Notes under the pieces: generated by a model
What the model saw: only the letters and a program-made list of their open reading frames with translations
What the model was told of the DNA's origin: nothing
Database searches by the model: none
Program-made: the position numbers and the translations under genes
Shown: positions 1 through 12,517 of the stretch, in pieces
Position numbering within the stretch: position 1 is the first letter of the stretch
Layout: every line of letters begins with the position of its first letter
NCBI RefSeq assembly: GCF_006345805.1
Contig: NC_043011.1
Location: 35,414,464 to 35,478,463 of the forward strand
Length of the DNA: 64,000 bases
Source: Octopus sinensis
Lineage: Eukaryota
Reading direction: 5' to 3'

Positions 1-735
1 TCAGCGTCATCATCACTGTCATCGTCACCATCATCATCATCATCATCATCATCATTGTCATCATCACCAAAGTCATCATTGTTGTTCTTGCTATTATTAT
101 TAATATTATTATTATTATTATTATCATCATCATTATTATTATTATTATTATCATCATTATTATTATCATGTGCTGGCTTCATTAGGATATACTTATGAGA
201 GTTTTGTAGTTCCCTCTGTATGAACATGTTATGAAAGTACATTTGACTCTAATAGGTATTCTTAAAATAACTCTCATAAAGACATAGCATATTCTAATAA
301 AGCCGCCATTACCATCATCATCATCATCGCCACCAGCATCATCGTCATCGACGTCATCATCGCCACCACCACCACCATCATCATCATCATCGTTGTCATC
401 ATTGTCGTCGTCATTGTCGTCGTCATCATCATCATCACCATCAGCATCATCGTCATTGATGTCATCATTGCCAACATCACCACCACCATCGTCGTTGTCG
501 TAGTTGCTGTCATCGTTGTTGTCATCATCATTGTCATCATCATCATTATCATTGATGTCATCATCACCACCACCACCACCACCACCACCATCATCATCGT
601 CATCATCGCCACCACCACCACTACCACCATCATCATCTTGTCGTCATCATCATCATTGTCATCATCATCATCATCGTCATCATCATCACCATCACCATCA
701 CCACCATCACCATCACCATCATCACCATCATCATC
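1..735. repeat. Degenerate (CAT/CAC/ATT)n trinucleotide microsatellite
   Basis: Runs of catcatcat, caccaccac and attattatt; overlapping ORFs 274-777 and 504-956 are homopolymeric translations. Confidence 0.95.
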
Positions 736-769
736 AGACAGAATCAATAGTGCGCCAGACAAAACCCTT

Positions 770-1130
770 AGCAGCATTTATTTTGGTGCTCTACATTCTG
801 GGTTCTAATCCAGCTGAAGTTGACTGTGCCAGTCATCCTTTTCAAGTCAATAAAATAATACTAGTTGTGCACTGGGGTCGATATAATCAACTTAACACCT
901 CCTTTGAAATTGCTGGCGTTGTGCCAAAATTAGAAAGAGTTATTATTATTGGGTAGTGAGCTGGCAGAATTGTTAGCATGCCACACAAAATGCTTAGTGG
1001 CATTTCATCTATCTTTATGTTCTGAGTTCAAATTCTACTGAGGTCAACTTTACCCTTCATCTTTTTGGAGTCGATAAAACATGTACGAGTCAGGTAGTGG
1101 AGTTGACTGCTCCAATGCACAAAATTTCAG
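770..1130 (+). mobile_element. Two degraded tandem copies of tRNA-derived SINE family A
   Basis: gagctggcagaattgttagc...gttctgagttcaaattc (B-box-like); same family as 17320-17740. Confidence 0.75.
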
Positions 1131-1399
1131 AACATAAAAACTGAAATAGTATATGGTAGAATTTTTCTGATACTCAAATGATTCATCCAATTAATTTTCC
1201 CTCCTATAGATTTCAATTTAGGCACAAAATCAGCAATTATTTGACTTGTACTTCAGAAAAGATGGAAGGCAAAACTGACTTAGGAAGGATTTGAACTCAG
1301 AATTTAAAGAGCTATTATACGCTTAACTGATATGATGCTCTTGTGTATTATGACAATCTAAATAACATTTATGACAGTGGAGAGGCTGGCAGCAAATTT

Positions 1400-1770
1400 T
1401 TGAACTGAGAGTTATACCAGACCCCGAATTGGATGTTCTTGCATTGTTCCAAAGGTCCCCAGCTGACACATTTACAGTGAGGACCATGTACTGCAATATC
1501 TAGGGATTCAAGGGCCCACAGCTATTTAACATATTGCCAAAACATATGAGGGATCTTCATGGAGTTGGGGTAAATGTTTTCAGGAAACCATTTCACTTCT
1601 TCTTATCCAATGCTCCAGTCGAACCCATATCAAGGCTGGAGATGCAAAAGGGGGCAGCAGTGTCAAACTCCCTCCTTCACCAAAAGCCAATCACGTAAGA
1701 TTGACCACTGAAAAGGTGATTACAATGGCGGTGCTCCAGTTTGGCCACATATAAAAGAATAAAAGAACTT
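1400..1770 (+). mobile_element. 3' end of a CR1-group LINE (ORF2 C-terminus plus tail), pseudogenised
   Basis: Translates GFKGPQLFNILPKHMRDLHGVGVNVFRKPFHFFLSNAPVEPISRLEMQKGAAVSNSLLHQKPIT* (stop 1696-1698), resembling CR1/L2-group ORF2 ends; tail ggcggtgctccagtttggcc...aaaagaataaaaga. Confidence 0.65.
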
Positions 1771-1854
1771 CTTCCTTCACCTTCTGCTGTCATCTGATCT
1801 ATTACTTTAATCAAGTTATCAGAGTTTGTTTATATTCAATCTATTAACTGCTTT

Positions 1855-2212
1855 TGTCACAAGGCTGTGGCTATGCTGGGGCACTGCATTGAAGAATTTT
1901 TAGTTGAATAAATCAGACCCAGTACTTATTTGTTTTTAAAGCTAGTTACTTATTCTATCAGTTTCTTTTGCTAAACAGGTAAAGTTATGAGGACATAAAC
2001 ACACCAGCACCGGTTCTCAAGTGGTAATGGGGAACAAGCAGGCACAAAGATACATACACATAAGATATAGATACATATACATGATGGGTTTCTGTCTATC
2101 AAAACCTTGGTTTGTTCAGTCCAAGGGTATAGTAGAAAACACTTGCCCAAGGTGCCACACAGTGGGATTGAACCTGGAACTAGGTGGTTGGTAAGCAAGC
2201 TACTTACCACAC
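1855..2212 (-). mobile_element. SINE family B (tRNA head, internal CA/TA microsatellite)
   Basis: Reverse complement of gtggtaagtagcttgcttaccaacc...ggttcaatcccactgtgtggcaccttgggcaagtg. Confidence 0.85.
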
Positions 2213-2230
2213 ACACACACACACACACAC

Positions 2231-2706
2231 AGTATACCCATCATGACTGCCTGTCTGATAAGGGTACACTAGGCACATGCATCACAACAATGTGTGCGCG
2301 ACATGGTGATCTCATATCAAGATTAATAGCACATGACCTTGCAGGTCGGGCCCAGTTAGAATGTTCCTCTGGTCGAGTAACCCATCCTGCTCAAAAGGTC
2401 CCTGAATAAGGGTTGTTTAAGGATGCTGAAAGAAACACCCATGTTTCCAGAGGTGAATTATTCAAACCCCAATGAATCCCTCTCAACACATGGCTGTGAT
2501 GCACCCCTCACAACTTCTGCTCATGATCAGAGATGCACATATTGTCAGCCACTAAGGGATATGCTCAACTGGTAAAGGTCAAATAACTGACAAGCAAATC
2601 TGGTATTGAGCAGAATATTTGCTGTAGCCCATCATTTATACCAAGACAAAACAATGTACGTGATAACACTTCTAATCAGTTCAGATCAGAAGTCATGAAA
2701 GCCACT

Positions 2707-2708
<2 letters not shown>
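2231..2708 (-). mobile_element. Family E (AAT)n-associated non-autonomous element, partial
   Basis: Colinear with 14224-14779 (catgaccttgcaggt...ccagaggtgaattattcaaaccc...gagcagaatatttgctgtagccc). Confidence 0.85.
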
Positions 2709-2746
<38 letters not shown>

Positions 2747-2759
2747 GATTATTATTATG

Positions 2760-2790
<31 letters not shown>

Positions 2791-2809
2791 TATTATTATT
2801 ATTATTATT

Positions 2810-2916
2810 CAGGTCACAGTCTGGAATTGAACTTGGAATCTTGGGGTTAGTAGCCCACGCTCTTAACCACTATGCCATATGCCCAAGATTCCAAGTTCAA
2901 TTCCAGGCAGTGACCC

Positions 2917-2920
<4 letters not shown>
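2810..2920. mobile_element. Head-to-head pair of tRNA-like heads (family G): full on minus, partial on plus, flanked by (ATT)n and (AAT)n
   Basis: Minus reads gggcatatggcatagtggttaagagcgtgggctactaaccccaagattccaagttcaattccag; plus copy cccaagattccaagttcaattccaggcagtgacc. Confidence 0.8.
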
Positions 2921-2954
<34 letters not shown>

Positions 2955-3000
2955 TAATAATAATAATAATATAATAATAATAATAATAATAATAACAATA

Positions 3001-3106
3001 ATAACATCAAAAAATACCTTAGGAATGAGAACCCAGAATTGAAATTCCCCCCAAGACACCTGACGATGGCCGGAGGGTATATCAGCCAAAATGTTGTGCT
3101 AACAAT
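3001..3106 (+). mobile_element. Family F module carrying a degenerate type I hammerhead motif (3055-3100)
   Basis: gacac-CTGACGA-t-ggccg...cagcc-aaaa-tgtt-gtgct; homologous to 39950-40110. Confidence 0.6.
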
Positions 3107-3679
3107 GTTTCATTCACTTGTGTTTTTTCAAACATGTGTCAAAAAAATTCTATTGTCACCACTATTTTCACCACAAATTCTATTATCCTCTTCCTATTCA
3201 TCATGATCATCATCACCATCACCATCATCATAAACATCATCATCAGCTGTAGCTGTACCCTCATCATCAACTCTACTATCATCACCACCGCAACTATCAT
3301 CATCATTATCATCATCATTATTGTCGTCATCTTTGTTGTCATCATAGTTATCATCATCATCATCATTGTTTATTCTTGTTGTTCTATTTGTGTGTTTTTT
3401 TTTATTTTCAGTTTTTTTTTTTCGAAACATACATTTTATATATTGTTGCATATTAGAGCTATGTTGGAAAAAGAAACTTCCAGTCAGTCAGTCAGGCAGC
3501 CAGGCAGTCAAAAACACCTGTTGGTTACCGCAGCATGTTCTCTCACCTTTGTAGAATATTAATCAATCAAGAGAAGTACTGCAGACAGTGATCTTTAGGT
3601 GAATCTATGACAACATAACTATCGAACACAGGTGAGAATACAATAATTCATAACAGACATCAATGAGCAGGAATACAAA

Positions 3680-5520
3680 TTATATTATTTCATAACCAAA
3701 ATGCACGTTTAAGAAGTATAGCAGAATATTAAATAGATATACTGTTTATTTGCTGAGAATAATACATTTGAATTTCAGATATTTCTTTAAAAAAAATTTA
3801 TTTTATTAAAAAATATTTTTTTGCTTGATATTAAAATTTTTTTAAAATCAACAACCAAGAATTTAAAATATGTCATTTCAAAACTAGAATAAATGTTTAA
3901 GAGTTATAGCAGAATATAAAGTACTTTTACTATTTGCATAAAATAATATGTTTTGTATTCCAAATTTAGAAAAAAAAATTTGTTTTTAAATTCCTTTAAG
4001 TCAACTATAACAAATATAAAACATTGTTTTATAACTGAAATACAAGTTTGAGAGATATAGCACCACATAAAATACATTTACTATTTATTTACATAGAATA
4101 ATACATTTTGAAGAACCTTTTAAAAATATTTCATTTTTTAAAGAAATATTTTTTGATATCTAATTTTTTTAAAATCAGCAACCAGAAATAAAAAATAGAG
4201 AATTTCATAACTTAACTACAAGCTGAGGAATACAGCAGAATATAAACTACACCTCCTACTGATTTGCAACAACCAGTATATTTTGAATTTCAGATATTTA
4301 AAAAAATTATGCTTAATATTTTGGAAAAATTATCGATATTCAAAATTTCAGTTAATGACTACCAATTTATAATATATCATTTCATAATAAAAACATACTT
4401 TTAAGAGTTATAACAGAATATAAAGTTCATTTACAATTCGCAGAGGATAACTCACCTGGATTTTCAGATATTTTTCTAATAATATTTAATTTTTTGAAAA
4501 TATATTTTATATTTAATTTTATTTTAGTCAAGAATCAGGAATAAAAAATATATAATTTCTCAGACAACAGGCTGGCAGAATCATTAGTACACTGAGCCCA
4601 ATGCCAAGCAGCATTTTGTCTATCTTTATGTTCTGGGTTCAAATGCTGCCAGAGCTGACTTTACCTTTCATCCATTCAGGGTCAATAAAAAAGTACAAAT
4701 TGATCACTGTGGTCAATCTAATCAACTTAACCCTCCCTCTTAATTGCTGGCCTTGTGCCAAAATTTGAAACCATTATTTCTGAACTTAAATACAATTTTC
4801 TTAGATATAACAGAAAAGGAATATAAATTTATGATATATTAACATAAAATGATGTATTTTATTTATATTTCAGATATTTCCTGTAAAAAATTATGTTTCA
4901 TTGTTTGAAAAATATGTTTTGATATTTTCAGTTTATTACTATCAACAATCAGAAATACAATAATATATTATATCATTTCTTGAATTAAAAGCAATTTTAA
5001 GAGATGCAGTAGAATATTAAATAGCTTTATTCCCAGAGAATAATAATTTTTGAATTGCAAATTTAAAAAATTATATTTAATTCTTTGAAAATACTTTTTC
5101 GATATATAAAAATTTTATCAATAATTTGGAATTGAAAATATATCATGTCATAGCTAAAATACAAGTCTAAGAGATATGGCAGATATATTTTGAAATTCAA
5201 ATATTTTTAAAGTTTAAATATAAATTTTTGGAAAATTATTTTAATATTATAATCAACAATCAGCAAGTTAAAATATATAATTTCATAATTAAAATAAAAG
5301 TTCAAGAATTATAGCAGAATATAAGATCATCATTTGAATTTAGATATTTCAAAATTGTATTTAATGTTTTCAAATTTTTTTGATATTTAAGATTCTTTTA
5401 ATAAAATAATCACAAATATAAAATAGATCATTTTAAAACTGAAATAAATACAAGTTTGAGTGATTATTTTAAAACTGAAATAAATACAAGTTTGAGTGAT
5501 ATAACATAATATAAATATAC
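3680..5520. repeat. Ancient AT-rich tandem repeat, unit ~150-200 bp (mode ~175), about 10 units
   Basis: Recurring aagagttatagcagaatataaa-like anchors near 3721, 3909, 4060, 4235, 4412, 4808, 5007, 5179, 5312, 5503, followed by tttgaatttcagatattt-like motifs. Confidence 0.65.
4561..4775 (+). mobile_element. SINE family A inserted in the satellite
   Basis: ggctggcagaatcattagtac...gttctgggttcaaatgc...ccttgtgccaaaatttgaaacc; flanked by taatttct / ttatttct (probable TSD). Confidence 0.8.
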
Positions 5521-5950
5521 AATGGCTTACAAAGAATAAATCCTGGGGTCAATTTCTTCAACTAAAACCCTTTGAGAAGGTGCTCCAGCATTTATCTAGA
5601 TCACAATGAAGTACATAATAATAAATAAGCAGTATATAATTAGTAAATAGACTATGTATGTTTCGTGGCTATATCTTCAATTCGATTTACAATTAAATTT
5701 AATCGATCCCAAAACAATTCAATTTAAAAATATAGTCACTCCTCAGTTCAACAATAACAATAACAGTTAAATAAATACATATTTTTAATAAATAATCAAA
5801 CAGAATTAAACAATATTTCTTAAAGAAATAAAAACATCATTCTTCTTATAGAAGAAATTCCATTAACTAAATTTTAAACTTAAAAAGTAGGACCAAGTAT
5901 TTATAATACATTTATCATGTTAAAAACCTAACATAAATAAATAATATATA

Positions 5951-6342
5951 TAGGAGTGGCTGTGTGGTAAGTAGCTTGCTTACCAACCACAAAGTTCCAG
6001 GTTCAGTCCCACTGCGTGGCACCTTGGGCAAGTGTCTTCTACTATAGCCTCGGGCTGACCAAAGCCTTGTGAGTGGATTTGGTAGACAGAAACTGAAAGA
6101 ATCCCATCATATATATGTGTGTATATATATGTGCGTGTGTGTTTGTGTGTCTGTGTTTGTCCCCCTAGCATTGCTTGACAACCGATGCTGGTGTGTTTAT
6201 GTCCCTGTCACTTAGCAGTTCGGCAAAAGAGACCGATAGAATAAGTACTGGGCTTACAATGAATAATTGAGTTGCTCGACTAAAGGCGGTGCTCCAGCAT
6301 GGCCACAGTCAAATGGCTGAAACAAGTAAAAGAGTAAAGAGT
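5951..6342 (+). mobile_element. SINE family B, full length
   Basis: ggagtggctgtgtggtaag (A-box-like), ggttcagtccc (B-box-like), tail aaggcggtgctccagcatggcc...gtaaaagagtaaagag. Confidence 0.9.
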
Positions 6343-6819
6343 ATAGTCAGTGTATATATATATATATATATATATACATATATATACTGTATATAGACAC
6401 ATGATGGGCTTCTTTCAGTTTCCAATACCAAATCCACTCATAAGGCTTTGGTTGGGATTATGAAAATATATTTACTATTTATAAAATAATAGGTACCAGC
6501 ATGACTATGTGGTTAGACTTTTTCTGCCCAGTCATATAGTTCTGGATTCAGTTCGACTGAGTGGTATCATGGGCAAGTTATATATAACAATAAAAGTTTG
6601 ATAAAAAGGTTTTTGCCAACTTTCTGTTGATGAGGGGAGCTGGAGTTATTGTAATATCTCTGTGTGACTATTTACTGGTTGCATATACAAAAATTTTTGT
6701 ATATTCCATCTGCAAAGTATGAATATTACAATTATTATGTAACTCAGAGCTTCCTGAAACAGCTGTTGAGTTAAGAAATTGTGTATTCACTTCATAGTAT
6801 TCTGTATTTTTTATATTTA

Positions 6820-6866
6820 TATATTTGTACATCTATATCTATCTACCTATCTATTTATCTATCTGT

Positions 6867-6924
<58 letters not shown>

Positions 6925-6930
6925 GTCTAC

Positions 6931-6985
<55 letters not shown>

Positions 6986-7017
6986 GCTGTTTATCTATAT
7001 ATCTATCTATCTATCTA

Positions 7018-7060
<43 letters not shown>

Positions 7061-7171
7061 GTTTGTCTGTCTGTCTGTCTATCTGTATATATGTATATGT
7101 ATATACATATATATATATGTATATGTGTCTTCATACTTCTGGATATATGTAGATATATGTGTCAATGTGTC

Positions 7172-7203
<32 letters not shown>

Positions 7204-7291
7204 TGTATGTATGTATGTATGTATGTATGTATGCATGTATGTGTGTGTGTATGTATGTATGTATGTATGTATGAGTGTATGTGCATGTATG

Positions 7292-7334
<43 letters not shown>

Positions 7335-7431
7335 TATATATAATGTATATGTATGTATATGTGCACACAACCCAAGCTTAATTGTGTTTATCTATATCAC
7401 TACCTTCCCTCTCTTTCATTCTATCTCTCTC

Positions 7432-7469
<38 letters not shown>

Positions 7470-7510
7470 CACACACACACATACATACATATCCATATAT
7501 ATATGGTTGT
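6820..7510. repeat. Compound (TATC)n-(TGTC)n-(TATG)n-(TA)n microsatellite
   Basis: Direct reading of the sequence. Confidence 0.97.
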
Positions 7511-7639
7511 TCTATACATTGTATACATCTATTATATATGCAATGCTTGTAGAGTAGATTTCAGTTAATGAATTATGATGTTTATAGTATTTGTGGAGTC
7601 ATTTGCTCTTGCAGTGTCGGCTTGCACAGCCAGAAGATA

Positions 7640-8085
7640 TTTGTCATCGCCATTGTTAATTTAATAGGAAATTGTTTCTCTGATTGACATAAATGGGAAC
7701 TCCTCATTTCCCAAAGAGAATGGCCACTCTTGGAATGAAGACAATTTTTCTATGATGACTGCCTTCAGTTATAATATTTGCCTTAATGATGGCTGCTTGA
7801 ATGTGGTGAATAACTAAATGTGTACCATTATGCATGCCATTAGCTTGTTCAATAGTACACAGCTGGATAATTACAGCATTATTTTTCAATGTTGATATGT
7901 TTGTGATTGCAGAGCTAAAACATTTAGTGTATTTAAGCATCCTATAGTGAATTCAGTAGGGGTCTTCCTGTCGTAACCATTGGTAATGGCTGAATAAAAC
8001 CCTTTTATCCCATGGAAACTGTTTCACTGTTTTGTCATTGATGTGATCAGCATCAAAATTATTCAGTGCTAAAAAGATAATTCTT
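7640..8085 (-). pseudogene. Helitron PIF1-like helicase fragment (frameshifted)
   Basis: Minus-strand pieces LALNNFDADHINDKTVKQFP, PTEF..LNTL, NGMHNGTHLVIHHIQAAIIKANIITEGSHHRKIVFIPRV and QFPIKLTMAMT parallel the Helitron helicase consensus (YPTEFLNSL, GLCNGTRL, VFIPRI, QFPVRLAFAMT). Confidence 0.8.
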
Positions 8086-8127
8086 GAAAATCTTTCTGAC
8101 TCACCAATGTACTTCTATATGAAATTA

Positions 8128-8331
8128 CTCTCTTTTACTCTTTTTACTCTTTTACTTGTTTCAGTCATTTGACTGTTGCCATGCTGGAGCACCGCCTTCA
8201 GTCGAGCAAATCGACCCCAAAACTTATTCTTTGTAAGCCTAGTACTTATTCTATTGTTCTCTTTTGCCGAACTTCTAAGTTATGGGGACGTAAACACACC
8301 AGCATTAGTTGTCAAGTGATGTTGGGGGGGA

Positions 8332-8371
<40 letters not shown>

Positions 8372-8572
8372 TATACACACACAAATACATATATATATAC
8401 ATATATACGACAAGCTTCTTTCAGTTTCCGTCTACCAAATCCACTCACAAGGCTTTGGTTGGCCTGAGGCTATAGTAGAAGACACTTGCCCAAAGTGCCA
8501 TGCAGTGGGACTGAACCCAGAACCATGTGGTTGGTGAGGAAGCTACTTACCACGCAGCCACTCCTACGCCTA
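8128..8572 (-). mobile_element. SINE family B, full length
   Basis: ctcttttactc...gccatgctggagcaccgcc...aagctacttaccacgcagccactcctacgcc. Confidence 0.9.
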
Positions 8573-8789
8573 TGTGAAAAACAAATGAAATACTACCACT
8601 GCAATCAAGTATAACGTTTCATCACTGAATTGTAATAATTTCACTATTTGCTTCTTTTATTTTGGAACCACCTCCTTCACAAAATATGAGATTGTTAAAT
8701 TCAGTTTTGTTTGTTTTGTTTTTCTTCTGGCTTCTGTGAATATTAATCCATTTGAATGTTTTCTGTTTGTAGCATTTTCTAGTTTCACC

Positions 8790-8969
8790 TGAAGGGCTGA
8801 GGCCATACTGTGGCACCACCATCAACAATTTAGTCAGATATATCAAGTCCAGGACACGTTTTTAAGTCTGGTATTTATATCAAACTCTTTTGCTGAACCA
8901 CTAAGTTGTAGTGATGTAAACAATTGTAAAGCAGTGGTGGGGGACAAACACAAATACAGGCACTCACAT

Positions 8970-9003
<34 letters not shown>

Positions 9004-9340
9004 CACACACACACACATACACAGATATATATGTCAAACTTTCACAGTTTCCATCGACCAAATTCATTCACAAGGATTTGGTCAGCCTAGGACTGACACA
9101 GGTCAAAAATGCTTTGATGTGGGACAAAACCCGATGTCAAGTGGTAGCTTTTTCTAGTTTCAGCTCAAGAGCCGAGGCCATGCTGGGGCACCACCTTGAA
9201 TAGTTTAGTCAGACAAATCAAGTCCAGGACACGTCAAACTTCCACACAGTTTTCATCGACCAAATTCATTTACAAGGATTTGATCAGCCTAGGTCAGGCC
9301 ATAAATGCTTTGATGTGGAACAAAACCCGAAGTCATGTGG
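8790..9340 (-). mobile_element. Two tandem old SINE-B-like copies (second internally deleted)
   Basis: Repeated gaggccatrctgnggcaccacc...aatcaagtccaggacacg at ~8805 and ~9175. Confidence 0.6.
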
Positions 9341-9439
9341 TTGCAAACTGCCTCTGTTTCTGCTTGTAATGATAAGTAATATTTGTTGAAAATCTCCACT
9401 TGAAATTGATTTTCTCTCCGAACAGAACCAATTTGATCC

Positions 9440-9605
9440 TGGGATCAACAATTATCACCAAATCTTTTAAATTTCTATCTAACACTTCTTGGTTTATATA
9501 CAGACAGTCTTTGATTTCTTTCCATTTTTTGTGGCTTGCATGTGTAAAATATAGAAGGAATCTTGTTTTCCCAACTTTTTACATTTGCCATTGAATCATC
9601 TTATA
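9440..9605 (-). pseudogene. Helitron Rep (helitron_like_N) fragment
   Basis: With frameshifts reads DDSMANVK-KLGKQDSF-YTCKP-KWKEIKDCLYINQEVLDR, similar to YQDAMAIVRKFGKPDLFITFTCNPKWKEI...DR. Confidence 0.6.
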
Positions 9606-9935
9606 ATTTATCTCTCATCTTCTCAGCCTCTGCATAGACAGCAATTAATCAACCGCTAATCCTTACAGATTATTATAGTTTCTGAATAGGTGGCTTTACA
9701 AAACACATTTTAAAGCAGCATTGATACTATTTGGCTTCTTTAAAGACAAGTAAGCAGACAGAGAAGCAGTGGATAAAGCATTTAAGTGGATAAAGTGAAC
9801 ATTTACTTACTTTAATGGAAAATCTCGTTGGAAACAGTCAGGAATATAACTCTGAAATCCAAAATGATTAAAAGTTGCAAACTGGCAAACAGTGTAACTG
9901 TAAGTCATATCTTCTCTATATATGTTGGTGAGAGT

Positions 9936-10325
9936 GGAGGCGCAATGGCCCAGTGGCTAGGGCAGCAGGCTTGCAGTTGTAGCATCATGGTTTCGATTCT
10001 TAGACCGGATGTTGTGAGTGTTTATTGAGCAAAAACACCTAAAGCTCCACGAAGATCCAGCAGGGGGCGGGGGGGGGGCGTGAACTCAGCTGTACTCTTT
10101 CACCACAACTTTCTCTCACTCTTTCTTCCTGTTTCTGTTGTACCTGTATTTCGAAGGACCAGCCTTGTCACACTCTGTGTCATGCTGAATCTCCCCGAGA
10201 ACCATGTTAAGGGTACACCTGTCTGTGGAGTGCTCAGCCACTTGCACGTTAATTTCACGAGCAGGCTGCTGTTCTGTTGATCAGATCAAGTGGAACCCTT
10301 GCTGTCGTAACCGACGAAGTGCCAC
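9936..10325 (+). mobile_element. SINE family C (tRNA-Arg-like head)
   Basis: ggaggcgcaatggcccagtggctagggcagc...ggtttcgattc...gtcgtaaccgacgaagtgcc; homologous to 34763-35165. Confidence 0.88.
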
Positions 10326-10405
10326 GATATTGGTGACAAAATTCTAAAAAGATTAAAAGTTGAATGCTAGTGAACTGTGACAATATGTATACTGGCAACA
10401 AAAAT

Positions 10406-10625
10406 CTAACCATTTACCATTTAAACCAGTCATATTTGGCCCAAATATTCTACCTGTTTAATGTTCAAACTAGTAAAGTCCAGCCTCGTACACCTACCCT
10501 ACAATGTCATTCTAAAAATAAACAATCACATCATCAATATCTCTAAGTTATGAGAAAATGCTTGATTAATTTAAAACAATGTGAATAAGCTTTGCATTTG
10601 ACATAGTGGTCTGAATGCAAACTGA
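10406..10625. mobile_element. Possible degraded piggyBac-type MITE
   Basis: Ends ctaaccatttaccattt / gaatgcaaactg loosely resemble TTAA-CCCT..AGGG-TTAA termini; weak. Confidence 0.3.
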
Positions 10626-11779
10626 AGTAAGCCAGATTTTTGCTATGTTTGTTGGCAACAGGAATTTAAACTGATTAAAATTTGAAAGACAGCAAACAGT
10701 GTGACAGTGAGTCAGATCTTCACTCGGTTTGTTGGCAACAGATTGACAACATATAAAACATAGAGAAAGAAAGAAAAATAATATTGAAAAGAATAAACAG
10801 ATTTCAAATTGAATATAATAAATCATAATATTTGAAAAGGATTTTCATTTTTAAATTTTAGAAAATTGAAAGTAAATTATATGGGAATAAGAAAATCATA
10901 TTCACAATAAGATTTTGTATTTTGGGCTTTGTTATTTATTTTGAAAATAAAAAAATCTTGTAAAATAAAATACCTAAATGGATTTCGTAATTAAACAACC
11001 AGTGCACCAACTCCAGAGAATTACTTTATTTATTTTGAAATCACAATTCTCTCAAAGACAATTAATGAAAGCCAGAGAAATGTATCGCTTTTAAAAAATA
11101 AGTTTATTTAATCACACAAAATGAAACTATGAAAACACTATTGTAATCTGATTAAAAGATTTTGTTCATACAAAACATGTTTACTGAAAAAAGTAGAAAA
11201 GAAAATCTTTATTGTTGCTGTTGCTATTATTAGTTGTATTATTATCAATATTTTATCGTTATTATTGTTAATGTTGTTGTTATTTATATTTAGGAGGAAA
11301 TTTGAAATGTGTTTAATGTCAGGCACCTTAGCAAACCTTTTCTTTCTTTCTTTTTCCGATTTTGATTTACAAATGCAAATAGGATGAAAAATTAATTAAA
11401 ATTTACAATAGTTGGTGTTGATGACATTTATACATTTATTAATTTTTATTTTTTAAAATTGACATATTTAACATTCATTTTTGCTTTTGCTGCTAAAGAT
11501 CCTGTACTAGTGACATTGCTATATGTGTATCAATATCAGATAATTGTAATGAAAACAACACTTCAGGGGAAAAGTAAAATAGTATAGAATGCATGATACA
11601 ATTATTAATAGCTTCTTATGTTTGATCCATATATGAAAACACAACATACTCACATATATACATAATATTCTATACATATATACATAATATTAGCAGGCCT
11701 TCTTCCAACTGTAATCATCAGCAGCTTCCTCATCATCTTCATCATTATCATTATCCCTATCATAATTGTTATTATCATA

Positions 11780-11838
<59 letters not shown>

Positions 11839-11860
11839 CATTATTATCATCATTATTATT

Positions 11861-12122
11861 AGTGAGTGAGGGAGTAGTTAATTCCATCAAAGTGACACTG
11901 GGGTAAATTATACAAAGCCCAGTATACCCATCATGATAAAAAGCGCATGACCTTGCAGGTGGGGTCCAGTTAGAATTTCTTTCAGGCTGAGTAGCCCATG
12001 CTGCTCAAAAGTTCACTGATTAAGGGTTGTTTAAGGATGTTGAACGAAATACCCATGTTTCCAGAGGTGAATTATTCAAACCCGAAAGAATCCCTCTGAG
12101 CACATGGCTATGATGCTCCCTC
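11861..12122 (-). mobile_element. Family E, 5'-truncated and internally deleted, in (ATT)n
   Basis: Begins gtgagtgaggga...catcaaagtgacactgggg as at 14224. Confidence 0.85.
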
Positions 12123-12123
12123 A

Positions 12124-12219
<96 letters not shown>

Positions 12220-12236
12220 CATTATTATTATTATTA

Positions 12237-12443
12237 CTCGGTAGTTTTATTTTTATAGCGTGCTTTCACTTCACTACCGAGTGCAGCTCTGTGTGCCTTG
12301 GGTATGTGCTGTGATTTGTTGTGATGCTCTGATGGTTATTGTATGGAAAGTGTTCTGCGTAGGATGTGTGCAGTGCCTAGTAGTGCAATTTTCTGTATGT
12401 TATATGTGTTTGTAAGTCCTGGTGTTTTTGTTATGTATTTGTC

Positions 12444-12445
<2 letters not shown>
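12237..12445 (-). mobile_element. R4/Dong-clade LINE 3' end, lineage A
   Basis: Minus translation DKYITKTPGLTNTYNIQKIALLGTAHILRRTL*; flanked by (AAT)n. Confidence 0.85.
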
Positions 12446-12497
<52 letters not shown>

Positions 12498-12517
12498 CAT
12501 CATTATTATTATTGTTA

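Noticed and set aside
274-956. Long ORFs (poly-D/M/T and poly-S/P/H)
   Set aside because: Translations of CAT/CAC microsatellites running into a SINE
3599-3631. Micro-exon with ag/gtgag boundaries
   Set aside because: Stop codons in all three frames
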